NCBI GenBank assembly: GCA_023213395.1
Contig: CM041465.1
Span: 119,729,741-119,793,740, forward strand
From: Cycas panzhihuaensis
Taxonomy: Eukaryota; Plantae; Cycadophyta
Length of the DNA stretch: 64,000 nucleotides
Reading direction: 5' to 3'
Under the pieces are notes generated by a model. The model saw only the letters and a list, made by a program, of their open reading frames with translations. It had not been told where the DNA came from and made no database searches. Shown here piece after piece: positions 13,847-27,530 of this stretch; the stretch's first letter is position 1; every line of letters starts with the position of its first letter. Position numbers and translations under genes: made by a program.

Positions 13847-15199
13847 AATAGATTTACATGCCCTTATTGTTATCTCTTTTATAAGAGATTGAATGAAATT
13901 AATAATTTTATTAGTTGTATGATCACTTGGATGAATGTTAATTCTCTCCAGGCTCTTATGTTTAAGTTTTTCATGGATTATACAAGTGAATTTAAGCTTG
14001 CATGTTGATTGAAAATTTTGTATGTTACATTCTATGATTTGTCTTCTTGCTTTAAAACTATTTTATGGTTGAAAATTCTCAAACTTCATCAAAGTTATAC
14101 ATGTAAGAGAAAGGACTTAAAAGAAGCTTCATGTGCCCTCAGCCTCCAACCCTTAAGTGTGTATGAAAAATTCTTTTATAAAGTTTATCTTTATATATTT
14201 TTTCATTTGAAATAAAAGGTTGTTGATATAGTTTAGCCTGTGTTGCTTGTTTCTTTTCCTCCTTTAACAGTTTTAAATGAAGGGTTTGGAGAAATTTGAT
14301 CAAATGAAAGAATGAAAGATATTATGAGGCAAGATTTTTCATGATAGGAAATAAGTCTTGATATTGTTCTTATTTGATTTTACTTATTTTATCTCTTCTA
14401 CTTTGAAAGAAAAATCTAAATTGGTGAATGATATATGCTTGATTTTTCAAATCATTAGAGGTTTAAGGATCCTTTTGGAGCCCATTATACTCCAATTGTG
14501 ATAGAATCTCTTAATATTTTAGCTCGTTACTTGTATAAAGACTGTGATTTGGATATGACTGGTGGCATGCTTTGTTAATGATCTAAAAATCATTTATAAT
14601 AGTAGTATTTAATCTTTAAAAATCTCTTATTTCATTATAGAAGCATTACCTAAAAGAAACATAGCATGTAATTGTAATAGAAAGCATCATAAGAATGTTG
14701 AATGTTATTGGATCTTTTCTTGATTTTGCATACATAGTTGTATGTTGTGTTGTATATCATGTTAATATTTTTCTTTCCTTGAAAAAGTATATGTTGTGTC
14801 TAAAGGAAATAGTCCCATACTCATTTTAGTATGTTTCATCTTTTGAAATAGAAAAAAAAAAAAGAAAAAGATATTGCATACATAACTAGCTTTCTTTCTT
14901 TCTTTGTTGGAAAGAAGATGGAATGGGTTTTGTAATTTCATTGATTGCCTTGGTAATTTTTATTTTATTTTAAAATGTAAAAAAAAAAAACAAAAAACTC
15001 TTTCAATTTGCTTAATCCTTCTCTTTCATTTAAGTAAAACTCAAATGTTGAAAGAATAAAAGGAAATGAGTCCCCATGAAGGACACAAGAGACATTGTTA
15101 TAATAACTCTGAACTTAGAACTCCTTTACCTAGTTGTGTAGGATAGTGGATTCAATCACCTCATATATCATGGCCTTTCATTGACTCATTCATTTACAT

Positions 15200-16620
15200 C
15201 TTTGTTAGACGGCACAATCAGGTGGAGACTTCTTCTTAGGAGTTAGATAAAAGTGGTCACTTAAATGCTCTTAGACTTTGTATCTCTTAGTCTAAATTTG
15301 AAACAAAAGAAAACATTTTGTTGATTAAGAGATATTTAGCTTTGGTCCACCCGAGACACACCACATCTCTTATGTCTCTTTTGTTTATGTCATTTGAAAA
15401 TAAGGTCTTGTTGTTTTGACATTTTAGCTCTTGAATCTCTTTTTGCAATCTCAATAGCCAAGGATCATGTCTCATATTCTTTGTATCTATTTCCTTCTCA
15501 AAATCCAAAGCTAATTTCTATGCATACTAATATGACTTGAGAAAGTAGGTTGCTATTACAACCCTTAGTTTTGAGTTTAATCCATTAATGAAATAATTTC
15601 TCATGTTATAATCTATAAATTTCTCCCCTTTCTACATATTTATTACTATAATGTCTATTTTGCTTATATAAGTTAGAACTTATTTTCTCGATCTCTACTT
15701 CACTTCTCTAAGAGATGACTCCACTATTTTGTTATTTCTTAACCTCTGGAACCTCTCCTCAAACTCTTTCTTGATCTCTTCCTAGGTCTTTATTAGGTCT
15801 AGTTGCTTGTATCATCAAGAGGAATGTCTTGTAATGAGTAACCAAATCTTGTTTTGATTTCATTCATATATGCTATCTTTTTCATATTGATCAAGTTTTA
15901 AAATAAGTACACATGCTCAATAGCATTTGTTATATCATAAAAAATCAGTCTCACAAATTTCCTAGGGTTTACCATCTTTAGAACACTTAGGGTTATGCCT
16001 TTCTTTTGTAGAGATATAAGCGATGTTGCTTGTCCTTTTGAAGGTGTAGTATCTCCTCCTTTTGCACTAGTTTTAGGTTCCTTCACTGGATTCTTTACTC
16101 CACTATTCCCTAATTCGAACAATTGATACTTAAAGGGTATCTTCAAATGAATCATCTCTAGGTGTCGTGGCATTTGCATTGTTAATGGGGTTGTAATAAA
16201 AAAATAACCATTCAAATCCCTTATCTGGTGAATCCTCAAATAATTGTTAGGTTAGATAGTTTTTCCAATATGCCATGGGACCTTGCTCCACCTTCTCCAC
16301 ATGATCACTTAAGTCCTTTAAAGTGGAGTCCATACCTACTTTTTTCTTCCTTTCACAGGGTTTTTATTTTTTCTTTTGAAGTCTCCTCTTTCAAATCTTC
16401 TTGTTTCTCCTTTTGGATTTCTTTTTCTTTTCCTTTTTGGATCTCTTATTCTTTTTCTTATGGGTTTAGTATGTTTGATTTGACTAGGGAAGATGTTATT
16501 ACTATTGGCTCTACATGGCCTTCATTTCCTATTTTTTGTGAGTTTGTATGCCACTTACCTCATATCCATCCACAAATTGTCCTTGGTCAATTTTTTCAAT
16601 ACTCAACCTCCTTAGTCTTC
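15200..16620 (-). pseudogene. gag: G1 gag remnant
   Basis: ORF 15898-16239 (ITTPLTMQMPRHLEMIHLKIPF...FYDITNAIEHVYLF) is homologous to G2 gag at 27602-28123. Confidence 0.8.
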
Positions 16621-16859
16621 TAAGTTTCTTTTCATTTTGCCCATCTTATAGCTCTGTCTTATAGATTCTAGCGTACCCTTAGGTGAAAGTCTCTAAGGTG
16701 GCTCTCCCACTTTAAAGGCTATTTAAGTGGAATTAGAAGGTTATCTGGTTGTTGAAGTTTAGTTAGACCCTACCGTCACTTTGACATTTGGGGTGACTTA
16801 TTTTTTGGGCATTGTTTTGGAAAGAACTCTAGCTCTCCTTCCCTCGACTAGTGAACTTA

Positions 16860-16872
16860 GGCAATGGAACCA
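16860..16872 (-). promoter_or_regulatory. G1 PBS, tRNA-Glu-like (TGGTTCCATTGCC)
   Basis: 1 nt from the LTR end; the same 13-mer occurs in G2 at 27025-27037. Confidence 0.7.
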
Positions 16873-16873
16873 A

Positions 16874-17724
16874 TGTGAACTTTTGCTTTTACTCTATGAA
16901 AGTTGCACTTGTCAAATGTCACTTTTGGTAGTCTAGATTAATGCTTGTGTCTAACATACAGGTTCATTATACACATATGTCACATAAGCCCATAATATAA
17001 TGATAATCATAATATTATCATAATATGTTATCCATCACATCATTATAAATAAGTCATAAGCAATACAAAAGACAAATTTTTCATGTAACTTGATAATTTC
17101 ATTAAGAAATATCACTATTTACATCAATTTCACTCCATCATATGGTTATTTGTTACTACAACTTCCTCAATAATGCAATACACTTGTTATCTGTACTAGA
17201 AAATATATCATAGGACATAATAACTTGGCTCTCACACCCTTGAGAGCATGACACAAAACTCAAATACTCAACTCTTACATCCAAACTGGCAAGTGAATGA
17301 CCCATAAGTACCCCGTGTGTGCCTTTTAGAAAATGGTTGTGACCAATAGTCATAACTATCCCTTTTACATAACACACACCGCTTGGTAATTAATCCACTC
17401 ATTAACTAATGATTACATTTAATTATTTCTATTTTGATTATTTGCTCATGTGTTCTTATGGTTTTAGTAGTCATTGCCTTGTGTTCTATTGTTCTGGTTC
17501 GTGTGTTCCAGTTCTAGCATTGTTTTGTCGTGCATCCTTGTTTTGAAACACATCCTGTCATGCATTCTCCAAGAGACTATTCCTATTGTTTTTTGCCAAA
17601 TTTTCATATGTTCCATTGCTAGAAGTGTATTGACTTGCTAAATTGCCCTCACAATGTTTTGTTAAAAGCTAATTACTATCCATCATATTTTTCAAATACA
17701 TGAGTGTTAAATTTGACTCTAATA
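16874..17724 (-). repeat. G1 5' LTR
   Basis: Adjacent to the PBS; colinear with 2752-3597. Confidence 0.8.
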
Positions 17725-18288
17725 ACTACCATAAAATATAAGTGCTTATAATCAATAATAAGCACATTATGATATGATTACTATATTTACATTACATTAT
17801 CCCATTGTCACTTTTATTTCACGGTTACTTTTAGAAAATGCATTAATGTTCAAATAAAATTGCTCTCACTTAAGTATCATCATCTTATAACTAGATCTTA
17901 GCTTGGATCATGACATACTTGTTCTCATGAATGGTACCAATGTGCTAAGTGCAAGTTTTAAGGGATCTCAACTTTGAGGTCAAAATGGTGCTCTTCATTC
18001 AAATGTAGCTACATTAATATATTAAGATGACAACCCTTTATGCAATTATTATGTATATCAATGGAGTAACACTAATTGTTATAATATTTTCTATTGCCAC
18101 TACGATTTATGCCAATCATTAGTATTTGCGTCTAATTGTCTTATTATGATGGGGATTATGTGCCAACATAGATGCATTCATTTTGCCAAAATTATGAGAA
18201 GAGTTGGGCGTTCCACAAATCGCTTTTTCTGATTCTGCCTGCCATCTGACATATCTGTAAGACTCAACATTTTCAATGCAAGGAATAT

Positions 18289-19170
18289 TGTTAGGACATA
18301 AATACTGTTAAAATTATGATTTTCAGCACATAAATACTATTAAAATTTAATATTGGACAGGGAGCAACTGTCTTTTATTATTTTAGCCTATTTAAAGGCA
18401 TTAAATGTGATGATGGAAGATCACGTTCTTTGTAAAAATGTAATTCAATATGTTGTGTTGTTTCGTGCAGATTTTGGCTTGTGTCTGACATGGTATGGAA
18501 TTAATTCAAATGCACTTCATGTGTAATGTGTAATGTTGTGCGCCATGATCATGTGGATCTGCATTCTGGAGATGTACATCAATTTACATTTGTAGCGAGT
18601 GATATTCGACATCAACCCAATGGGGCAAAGGTTTGATTCGATAGATGAACGAAGAGCGCGTTGAGTTCGATGCCTGAATTTGTCCCTCGACACAGTAACA
18701 CGAAATTGATGTCAGTAAGGCCGTTTGAATGTTTGGAGGACGGTAACATATCTATAGGTGCAAGTATCGAAGTCCAGTCGGAGGCCCCAACTGTTGAAAT
18801 ATCCAAAATCTGAGTTCCCTGAACAGTAATAAAGAGTCATGTTGAACAGATTAAGATAAAAGCAACTGTAAAGAGATTCACAAAATTTAGGAATTTGCAT
18901 GGGATCATTTCGATGTATTTGGTTACGTAATTCCCAAACTATGGGCATGTTGGTACTGTTGCATTCCTCCTCTGGAAATGAGAAAAATGCCAAAACTTGG
19001 GCAGGTGGGTGTGACAGGAGCAGAGGATAGAATTACTCATGGGGCACTCTGAGTCGAAGAAACGATGTAAGGGGTGACACTTCACAGGATTTTGATGCCT
19101 TTCGTTAAAGCAGGTTGTACTCAGATTTGCCTATCTAAATCCCCATGACGATGTATACAGTGTGTATAAA
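18289..19170 (+). mobile_element. Truncated small-LTR element: ~200-bp 5' LTR (18289-18490), degenerate PBS and non-coding-looking internal DNA
   Basis: TGTTAGG...TCTGACA is followed by TGGTATG. A 20-bp direct repeat ACATAAATACT(G/A)TTAAAATT and a TATA-like TATTTAAA lie in the LTR. No 3' LTR. Confidence 0.5.
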
Positions 19171-19172
19171 GT

Positions 19173-20295
19173 ATTAGAATGCAGCTAAATACATACTCAA
19201 ATATATCAAAGGCACTTTGCAGCATGGCCTTGAGTATGCACATGATGAGAATTTCATTCTGAAAGGGTTCTCAGATTCTGATTAGGCAGGTTGCTAGGAT
19301 AGCAAGAGATCAACCTTGGGTTACTGTTTTACCTTTGGTTCAACAGTTGTTTCGTGGAGTTGAAAAAAACAACCTAATGTTACCTTGTCTTCCACCGAAG
19401 TAGATTACAAAGCTGCAGTCAGTGCGACTTGTCAAACTATCTGGCTACGACGGATTCTTGGGGAGATTGGACTTGAGCAGGATCATCCCACCAGGATTTA
19501 TTGCGACAATCAAAGTGTGCTCAAGTTGGCCAAGAATCCTGTCTTTCATGCAAGGACCAAATATACTGAGGTTCATAATCACTTCATCGGAGAGCATGTG
19601 CAAAGTGGTGAGATCAACCTTCAGTATAAACTGGCAAAACAACTGACAACAAATATCTTTACGAAGCCACTTGGTAGAGAAAAATTTGTAAAATTTAGAG
19701 ATGGTCTAGGTGTCTGACTTAACATTATCAACAATAAGGGGGGGTGTTAAACCTTATGTTTACATGTTAAGCCTATGTACTTTATTTTTCATGTAATATT
19801 TGTACTTTTGTACTTTAGGGGTGATTTATCACTTAAGTGATAAAGTGCACACCCACATTCTTTCTTAGTGACACAACATTGTCACTAAAGGGTCAAACAG
19901 ACCCCCATGCACTTTTGCTCACTTGAGAGCTCTAAAAGGACACATGTCCTACATGCAAGGCATGTACCTTAGATATTTGACACTTGTCAAACATCCAATG
20001 CCTTAGGTCTCTCCTTTCACTCTATATATTGAGACCTCTCCTCATTGTTCTCATATAGAGTTGGAGTTGTATTGTTATGCCTCCAGTTTGCTAATCAAAC
20101 TACTATTCATTTGGAGGTTGGACCAATTCCAACTCCTCATCTTTGGTATCATTTTTTGCTCTTTCTCTTCATACTTGATCTTGCTCATATTTGATCTCAT
20201 AGTTTCATTCTTAGTCTAGTTTAATTGCTTTTTAGAACTAGAGTAAATATAGCTTCTAGATCTTGTGATTATAGGACTATTTGACTATTTTCACA
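19173..20295 (+). mobile_element. 3' fragment of Copia family A (RT end, RNase H, PPT, 3' LTR 19745-20295)
   Basis: ORF 19385-19717 has YCDNQS...NPVFHARTK...IFTKPL; PPT AAGGGGGGG. The LTR matches 41613-42166 and 36219-36766. Confidence 0.9.
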
Positions 20296-21763
20296 CTACA
20301 TTGATTAATAAAGAAGAAAATTAAAATTTTAAGAAAAAGAACCAAATAGCAATTAATGTTATACTTGCAACATTTGACAAAGAAAATCTTCCATCCTCTT
20401 ACAAATTTCTTATTCATGCAATTCATAATGTTGATATTGCTAACGAGGCCTGGAATCTTCTAAAGGATGTGTATGAAAGGAGTCCTCAAGAGGTGCAAGA
20501 AGTTCTTAAAAAGGTAAATAGAATTACTGATGGCTATAATACCAATAAAGAGGGGGATGAAGATAGTATTGATGATACAAATGAAAATGTATGTCAAGAA
20601 ATTAAGAGACTACCAATGAAGGTGATAAAACTAATGTTGAATGTGTTGTTGAGATTGTTAAGCATGATGATATTAATGATTTGTCTACTAATGATGGTGA
20701 TCAAGCAATAAAAATTCCTCTAGATGAATCTATTGCTTCTAGGGAGGATAAAAATGAATTTGAATGCTCTGTTGAAAATAAAATTGTTGATACAAACATA
20801 ATTCCTAATGTGACTATTGGTTTTAATCTAAATCATTCTCAAGTTGATGAAGACTTTGCTCCAAAGATTGAAGGAATTATTTATGGATATACTAATCGAG
20901 AGGAGGAATACATATAAAATATTGATACCCATATTTCAAGTGATATTGATTCTTTTTTTCTTGACTTATCTTCAAATTTTGGCATTGGTTCAATAGATCT
21001 TTATCATACTCATGTTGAAGAAAATGAAGATAAACAAGTGATGATTGAATCAATGACTAAAGACATGTTTGATATATATCACAAATTTCAAGATGTTTTT
21101 GATAAGTACATACCAGATCACCTAATAGATCTACACCAAGCTCAAGTTGGTTTGACTATGGTCTTTTATACCCTTTGCATGATGAAGGATTTATTCTTGT
21201 ACAAGAAGATGAAGAAAGTTAAGTTCGAGGACCATCACTCTAGAAGACTGCTTTAAGGACAACACTGCAAAAATTGAGATGAAAAGCAAAGTGAAGATAT
21301 TGTCTTTAAGACCATTCTAAGATCAAAACGTTGTAAATTCAAATAAATGCCCCATGTCAAGTCATATATTAGTTTTAGTTGGTCCATACTACTTAGTATC
21401 ATGATGTCTTTAGTATTCAGTTTTTTGTTGTCTTGACATTAAACATTAAGAGGAGGTGTTAGAAGTTAATATTTAATGTATATGTGTATAAAGTATCTAG
21501 GTACTTGTCATATCTAGGGGTTAAAATTATAATGTTTATTAAATGCATATTTGTGAAAGTAAGTGGTCATTAGGTTATTAGTCAGTAAATATGTGTTATT
21601 CCATTAGTTATGTTATAGGTCATTTGTCCCGCATGTAACACATATCGTCCTACTCTCTCTCACTTATGATGTATAAATAAGTGGTTGAGGTAGAGATGTT
21701 AACATTAAGTTGAGATGGAGTTCATTGTGGTATTATGGTTGTGGTATCATTGTGATGTTAACA
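20296..21763 (+). mobile_element. N1: 3' part of a non-autonomous Copia-derived element (gag-N remnant, acidic region, RNaseH-like tail, PPT, LTR 21457-~21763)
   Basis: EAWNLLKDVYE and DIVFKTILRSKRCKFK match N2 (50588-52373). PPT AAGAGGAGG. The LTR start resembles 52444. Confidence 0.65.
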
Positions 21764-21899
21764 TTATGATTATGAGTTAATGCTATCTTCATTATGTTCA
21801 TAATATTTGATTCATTACTCTTGAATGATTTCCATTGAATATTACTAACAGTAAAAACCATTTTTGATATTAAAAGAAATGAATTGCATGCTATCATCA

Positions 21900-22352
21900 A
21901 AGGATGACAATATACAATCATAACCAACAAACATATTTTGCAAATATGTATTTCTAAAGTTTCAAACCTAGTAGATTATGAAGAAGCACATAACTTTCGT
22001 TATTTAGGATTATGCCATGGAAGAATAAATGAATGCATTAAGGAAAAAATGAGACTTGGGAGGTAATGGAGCTTCCAACTAGAAAAAAACCCATAGGTTG
22101 TAAATGGGTTTATAAAATTAAGTTAAAAGCTAATAGTGTAGTCAAATGCTATAAAACAAAAACTTGTAGCAAAAAGTTTTTAACAAACTGATAGTATAGA
22201 TTATGAAGAAGCATTTGCTCCAATAGCAAAAGAGACATCTATACATTTAGTACTTTATTTAGTTATCCAATATAATTGAAATATTTATCAATTAGATGCC
22301 AAAAAGTACATTTTTAAATGGAGAGTTAAATGAAGAGTTGTGTATGCTTTAG
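21900..22352 (+). pseudogene. Old Copia RT fragment (insertion target of G2)
   Basis: ETWEVMELP.RKKPIGCKWVYKIK...IDYEEAFAPIAK. Confidence 0.8.
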
Positions 22353-22951
22353 CATTAAGGTTATTTCTGGCATGCATGACACTCTGGACCATGGAAAACT
22401 AGGAATGCAGGCTTGTACTAACATGGAGAATGCAAGTACACACAACTGGTAGATCGTATACAAATATGCATAATAGAAGTCAAGCTAAAAATCCAAAAAA
22501 AGGACTCTCAAGGAATGCATTACAGGATGCATACCCGAATGGTACATACATAGAACGAGGATGCACATAGTACACATAGAAGGAAATATGTAGTACGCAT
22601 GCCTAAATTAGACCCAAACATTCCAAGCATGATGACATCAATAAGGACACATATACATAGAAACAAAAAAAAACACTAATTAGTGATTGTAATAATGTGT
22701 TAAAGTGAAAGGGCATGTTTTGTTATGAAAGAAAATGGTTATGACCATTGGTCATAACCATTCACCCAAAAGGCACAAGAAATGGTATTTAATTGTACTT
22801 TTCTCGCCATTTTGGTGGTGAGAACTAAGATAATGAGTCTTGTGGTACATTCTCAAATGTGAGAACTGAGTATTATGTCTGATTATATTTAATCTTAGCT
22901 AGTGCACAATATTAAATTACGAATTATATTAATCAATCTAATCTTAGCTAA

Positions 22952-25900
22952 CCAATTACGAATGGTCATGCCATTTCGAAGGAATTAAACTAAAGGCTCT
23001 TTCGAAAACTGGATCGGACCATTCCCCGCTAGTTCTGGAGGGGTCCTTCTTAGGAAACATGAGGGGGCCCCTTTCTGCTTCAAACTTATGTGGCAAAAGC
23101 ATCCGGATCTTAGGGAGAGGATCAATGAGTGGTGGGGAATTTCGGTTCCCGGATACGCTATGTTCAAGTTTTCGAAGAACCTAAACTGGATTAAACAACA
23201 AATTAAAGCTTGGAATAAGGAGGTCTTTGGAAATATTTTTAAAGACAAAGGTGCCCTGCTGGCAGAGCTAAAAAAGATCGAGGAAATTATTCAACTTGAG
23301 GGAAGATCTCTGGACTTGGATCTATCTGAACAATTTACCACCAGTAAACTAGAAGAGGTGCTGACTAGGGAGGAACTCCACTGGAAACAGAAATCCAGGG
23401 AGCTATGGATAAGGGAGGGGGACAGAAATACTAAGTTCTTCCATTTGTCTACCTTGAAGCATAGGGCCCATAATAGGATTAGCAAACTTCGAAGTAAGGA
23501 CGGGGTTCTGATCGAGACGAAGAATCAGTTTAGAGGAATTGCGTTGGACTACTTTAAGGAGTTATATGTAGAACCCGGATGTCAGGATCCTAATCTAAGA
23601 GCTGGCCTTATGCAATATATTCTGAATGTCATCTCCGAAGCTCAAAACAGTAAATTGATAGAACCATTTTCTCAGGACGAAGTCGAGAAAGCCTTATTTA
23701 AAATGGGTAAGGATAAGGCCCCAGGGTTGGATGGTTTCCCCCCCGGTTTCTTTCAGGAATATTGGGATATTATCAAGGATGATTTAATTTTGGAACTAAA
23801 TGAATTTTTTCACAGGAGGACAATTCTGAAAGAATGGCAGGCCACCTTTTTGGTCTTGATTCCGAAGAAGGAGGGGGCAGATGCAATGGAAGATTTTAGA
23901 CCAATCAGCCTCTGCAATGTAAAATATAAAATTCTAGCTAAAGTGTTAGCGAACTGCCTCAAGGAGTGCCTTCCGGCCATCATCTCTCCAAATCAGGACA
24001 TATTTGTTAAGGGCAGACAAATTACGGATGGTATTATTACAGTACACGAAACAATGCACTTGACTTATCACAGGAAGGAGGCAAGTATGATAATAAAAAT
24101 AGATATGTCTAAGGCCTACGATAGGGTGGCATGGGATTGTCTATTGGATTGTTTAAAAGCGTTCAGTTTTGGGGAGGTTTGGAGGGAATGGATGAGATGT
24201 TGCATATCTAGGGTTTCATTCTCGGTGATTCTAAATGGGAGGTCGACATCCTTCTTTCCCGATTATAGGGGTTTGAGACAAGGAGACCCCCTTTCACCCT
24301 TCCTCTTCATAATTATAGCAGAATTGTTAGGGAGGGCTACAATGGAGCCTCAGAGGATAGGGTGGATATCAGGATTGAAGCCATCTTTTAATTTGGATAA
24401 TATTGTCCATCACCAGTTTGTTGACGACAACATCTTTTTGTGTAGGGCTTCCCTGGGTGAGGCCAGGGCCTTGAAAGCAGGTCTTCAGGCATATGAGAGG
24501 GCTACCAATCAAAGAATTAACTTGGATAAGAGCTCAGTTTTCTTCATCAATACAATGGACAAGCTGCAGAGAAGGATTAGCAGGGTTCTGGAGATCTCCA
24601 GTAGACCCCTTCCCGCCTCATATCTGGGGATGCCACTTTTTGTGGGCAAGATGGTTAAGAATCTGTGGGATCCCATCGTGGGTAGGTTTAACAGGAAGTT
24701 GGCTGGTTGGAAAGGGGCGCTTCTAAGCTGGGCTGGGAAAATTCAGCTTGTGGTGGCCTCTCTTCAGAGCATTCCAGTCTACCAAATGTCCTTATTTAAG
24801 ATGTTGGGCAAGGTTATATCTACCCTCGAGGGCATTATGAAGAGATTTCTATGGTCTGGGGTCGAAGATAGAAACAGATTCCATCTAGTATCGTGGGAGA
24901 AGGTTTGTAAGCCCAAGTGGGTAGGAGGACTTAATGTTAGAAGGCTGGGTCTCTTTAACGAAGCCCTTCTGGCTAAGATGGGGTGGATACTAACCAAAGA
25001 AGAAGGTTCGGTGTGGGGAAAAATTTTAGCCAGGAAATACTTAGGGGATAAACACTTCTTGATGGACGAGGAGTGTAGCTCCTCGGGATCCCCCATTTGG
25101 AAAGCTATTTGGTCTACGCGATCCATTTTGCGCGAAGGTATGAGATGGACACTGGGGGACGGAGAAAGTATAAGGTTTTGGGAAGACAAGTGGTGCGGGC
25201 CCTCTAGGTTAGAGGAGATGCCAAATATTGGTAACATGAAGAGGGCTTGTGAGAATAACTATGGAACTTTAGTCAAGCATTATTGGGTGGGGCAGGGCAA
25301 GAATAGGCTTTCAAGATCGTTTGAAGAGCTGCAAGGTTTCGAGGAGGAGATTCAGAGAGTGAAGGGGGTATTAGAAAACCAATTATATCCGGCGGACTTC
25401 TTCCGACTCACTGGTATGGCCCCTTTCGTCTTTGGGCTCATACGCGGTTAAAGATGGATATAATTTGATGATGGTTAGAGAAGGCTGGGCTAGGAATGAC
25501 ATGCTGGCTGGGGTTTGGAAGTTGGGGCTTCTTCCAAAGATCGCAACTTTCTGGTGGCTCTGTCTTCAAAACAAAATTTTAACAACGGACAACCTCTTGA
25601 AGCGGGGTTTTCATATGGTGAACATGTGCGAATTATGTAAGGTGGAAGCTGAGACCCTGGACCACCTCAGTATTCATTGCCCCTATTCTAGGGAATGCAG
25701 GACGTTTGGTCGGTGGGTATAGTATGGGTTTCCCCTAAATCATTGAAAGACCAATGGCTAGCATGGGACCCTCCATTTAAGAGTAAAACGCTAGGTAGAT
25801 TCTAGAAGATGATTTTCCTGGTAGGTACATGGTACATTTGGAATGAGCGCAATAGGAGAATTTTTCAAGGTAAAGAGACAGATAGCTTTAAATTGTTCAT

Positions 25901-26675
25901 TGAGATCAGGAAAGGCATTCTAGAGATGTTAGTCCCCCCAAAGGAGGACAGGATCCCTAAGGGGGAAGAAGGCATCCTTGATGCGTGGGGTATTGGCTAT
26001 CCGAAGGGTGATGGCGAGAAGAGGAGAGCTATTAATTGGAACCCACGAGTAACACAGGAAAAAATTAACTTTGATGGAGCCGCTAAAGGAAACCCCGGAG
26101 AGGCGGGTGGGGGAGGTCTTTGCAGGGATCATACGGGAAATGTGAAATGGGCTTTCGCGCAGTATTTTGGTATTTGATTGAATCAAAGAGCAGAGATACG
26201 AGCCATGCAAAGAGCGGTAGCTTTGCTGGACGAGGAGGAGGTACAGAAAGTGGTCGTAGAAGGGGACTCCATGTATGTGATCAGGTGTTTAAGGGGGGAG
26301 GCAGAGCCAGGTTGGAACAATAAAGAGATTACCAGAGATGTGCAAGACGTCCTGAGCTCCAAGCTGAGTATTCAGATCCAGCATACCTATAGGGAAGGGA
26401 ATCCGGCAGCAGATTGGCTGGCAAATTGGGCTGTGTTAAATAAAAGAACCAAGGTCTGGAAGGAGGACTTCCCAGAGGAGCTTCTGATTCTGGTTAGGAC
26501 TAATGCACATATTAGGGAGGCAGACAGGGGAGGTTGAGAGGATTCTTCATTAATCTGGGCTAGACCATGGGCTTGTCATGGTCATCTTACCTAAGTCGAT
26601 GGGCTATGATGTATAAGGTTTGGGGACCTAGTTAAAACCCCTTCTAATATTATTTTACCTTATCAAAAAAAAAAA
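22952..26675 (+). mobile_element. 5'-truncated plant L1 LINE with C-terminal RNase H, inserted in the G2 5' LTR
   Basis: End of endonuclease (KTGSDHSPLVL), RT, zf-RVT and RNase H; poly(A) 26665-26675; TSD TTAAAT (22912-22917 / 26677-26682). The empty site is visible in the G2 3' LTR. Confidence 0.95.
23088..26537 (+). pseudogene. LINE ORF2 (RT, zf-RVT, RNase H); 787-aa open segment, then frameshifts and stops
   Basis: KAPGLDG, FRPISLCN, GLRQGDPLSP, QFVDD, YLGMP, CELC...HLSIHC, NFDGAAKGNPG, VEGDS, REGNPAADWLA. Confidence 0.92.
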
Positions 26676-27024
26676 GTTAAATGTAATAATGAATTCTAAT
26701 ATGGTATGGTACGCACGAGTAGTTCAGGGAATGTACATAGTGATATGTTCCAGACTTATATGGGAATATACAAATAGTGATATTACTTAATAAATAGAAA
26801 AAGTTAGGTGGGATCTTATGTATTGTTCATAATACAATGATCGTATGAGGAATGAATGATGATCGATTGACTAGTATGATGGGATAATGATGATATTATG
26901 ATGTTGCATTGATTGTATAAGCATGTTAGTATTATTATATTGACCAACTCTAACTAGACTACCAATAGTGACCCCTTGACAAGTGTTAATCTTACAAGTG
27001 TAGTGAAATAAATAAAGTAATCAT

Positions 27025-27037
27025 TGGTTCCATTGCC
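27025..27037 (+). promoter_or_regulatory. G2 PBS, tRNA-Glu-like
   Basis: TGGTTCCATTGCC lies 1 nt after the LTR end ...GTAATCA. Confidence 0.7.
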
Positions 27038-27530
27038 TACGTCCATTGAGAAGGGACTGGATTAAGAGTTTCATAAGTGTATTATGTGCCAAGACCAAGG
27101 AACCTTAGTTGTCGTCACAATGGAAGACTATAACTAAGCTTTCAACAGTCAAGGGGCCTTCCAATGCCACCAAAGAGGCCTTCAAAGTCAAGTGAACCAC
27201 AAAAAAATACTTCATGTAAGGGATTAGTGGAATCTAGTAAACAAAGGGCGTTACAATGGTTAAGAGAATCTAAATTAAGAAGGACAAAGAGATTAAGCCT
27301 TAAAAACAATGAGTAATGAGTAGTTCATTGAGGAATCTAAGGCAAGTGGAGCCCAAACACCCTAAGAATAAGAAATGGCAAGACATGGGGAACAAATGGT
27401 ACTAACACTTGCCCTAGTTGGATCTGATATTATAAGCCTAGAAAAGGAATAAAATTTACAAGGAAAGTTAGAATGGATTAGCATGGTACTGGTATTTGGC
27501 TCACTAAGCCTCTTTTCGAAACTGGGCCAA

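Larger units (their letters stand above)
2752..17724 (-). mobile_element. G1: degenerate non-chromovirus Ty3/gypsy LTR retrotransposon, interrupted by later insertions (~7298-15150)
   Basis: Paired ~850-bp LTRs (2752-3597, 16874-17724), PBS 16860-16872, gag remnant (FYDITNAIEHVYLF), RNaseH/integrase remnant, and an extra ORF. All are homologous to G2. Flanks ACTTT/ACTAC match a TSD only partly. Confidence 0.8.

Noticed and set aside
24779-25237. 152-aa antisense ORF and other short ORFs overlapping the LINE and Copia pol
   Set aside because: Shadow ORFs of coding strands; no independent motifs.
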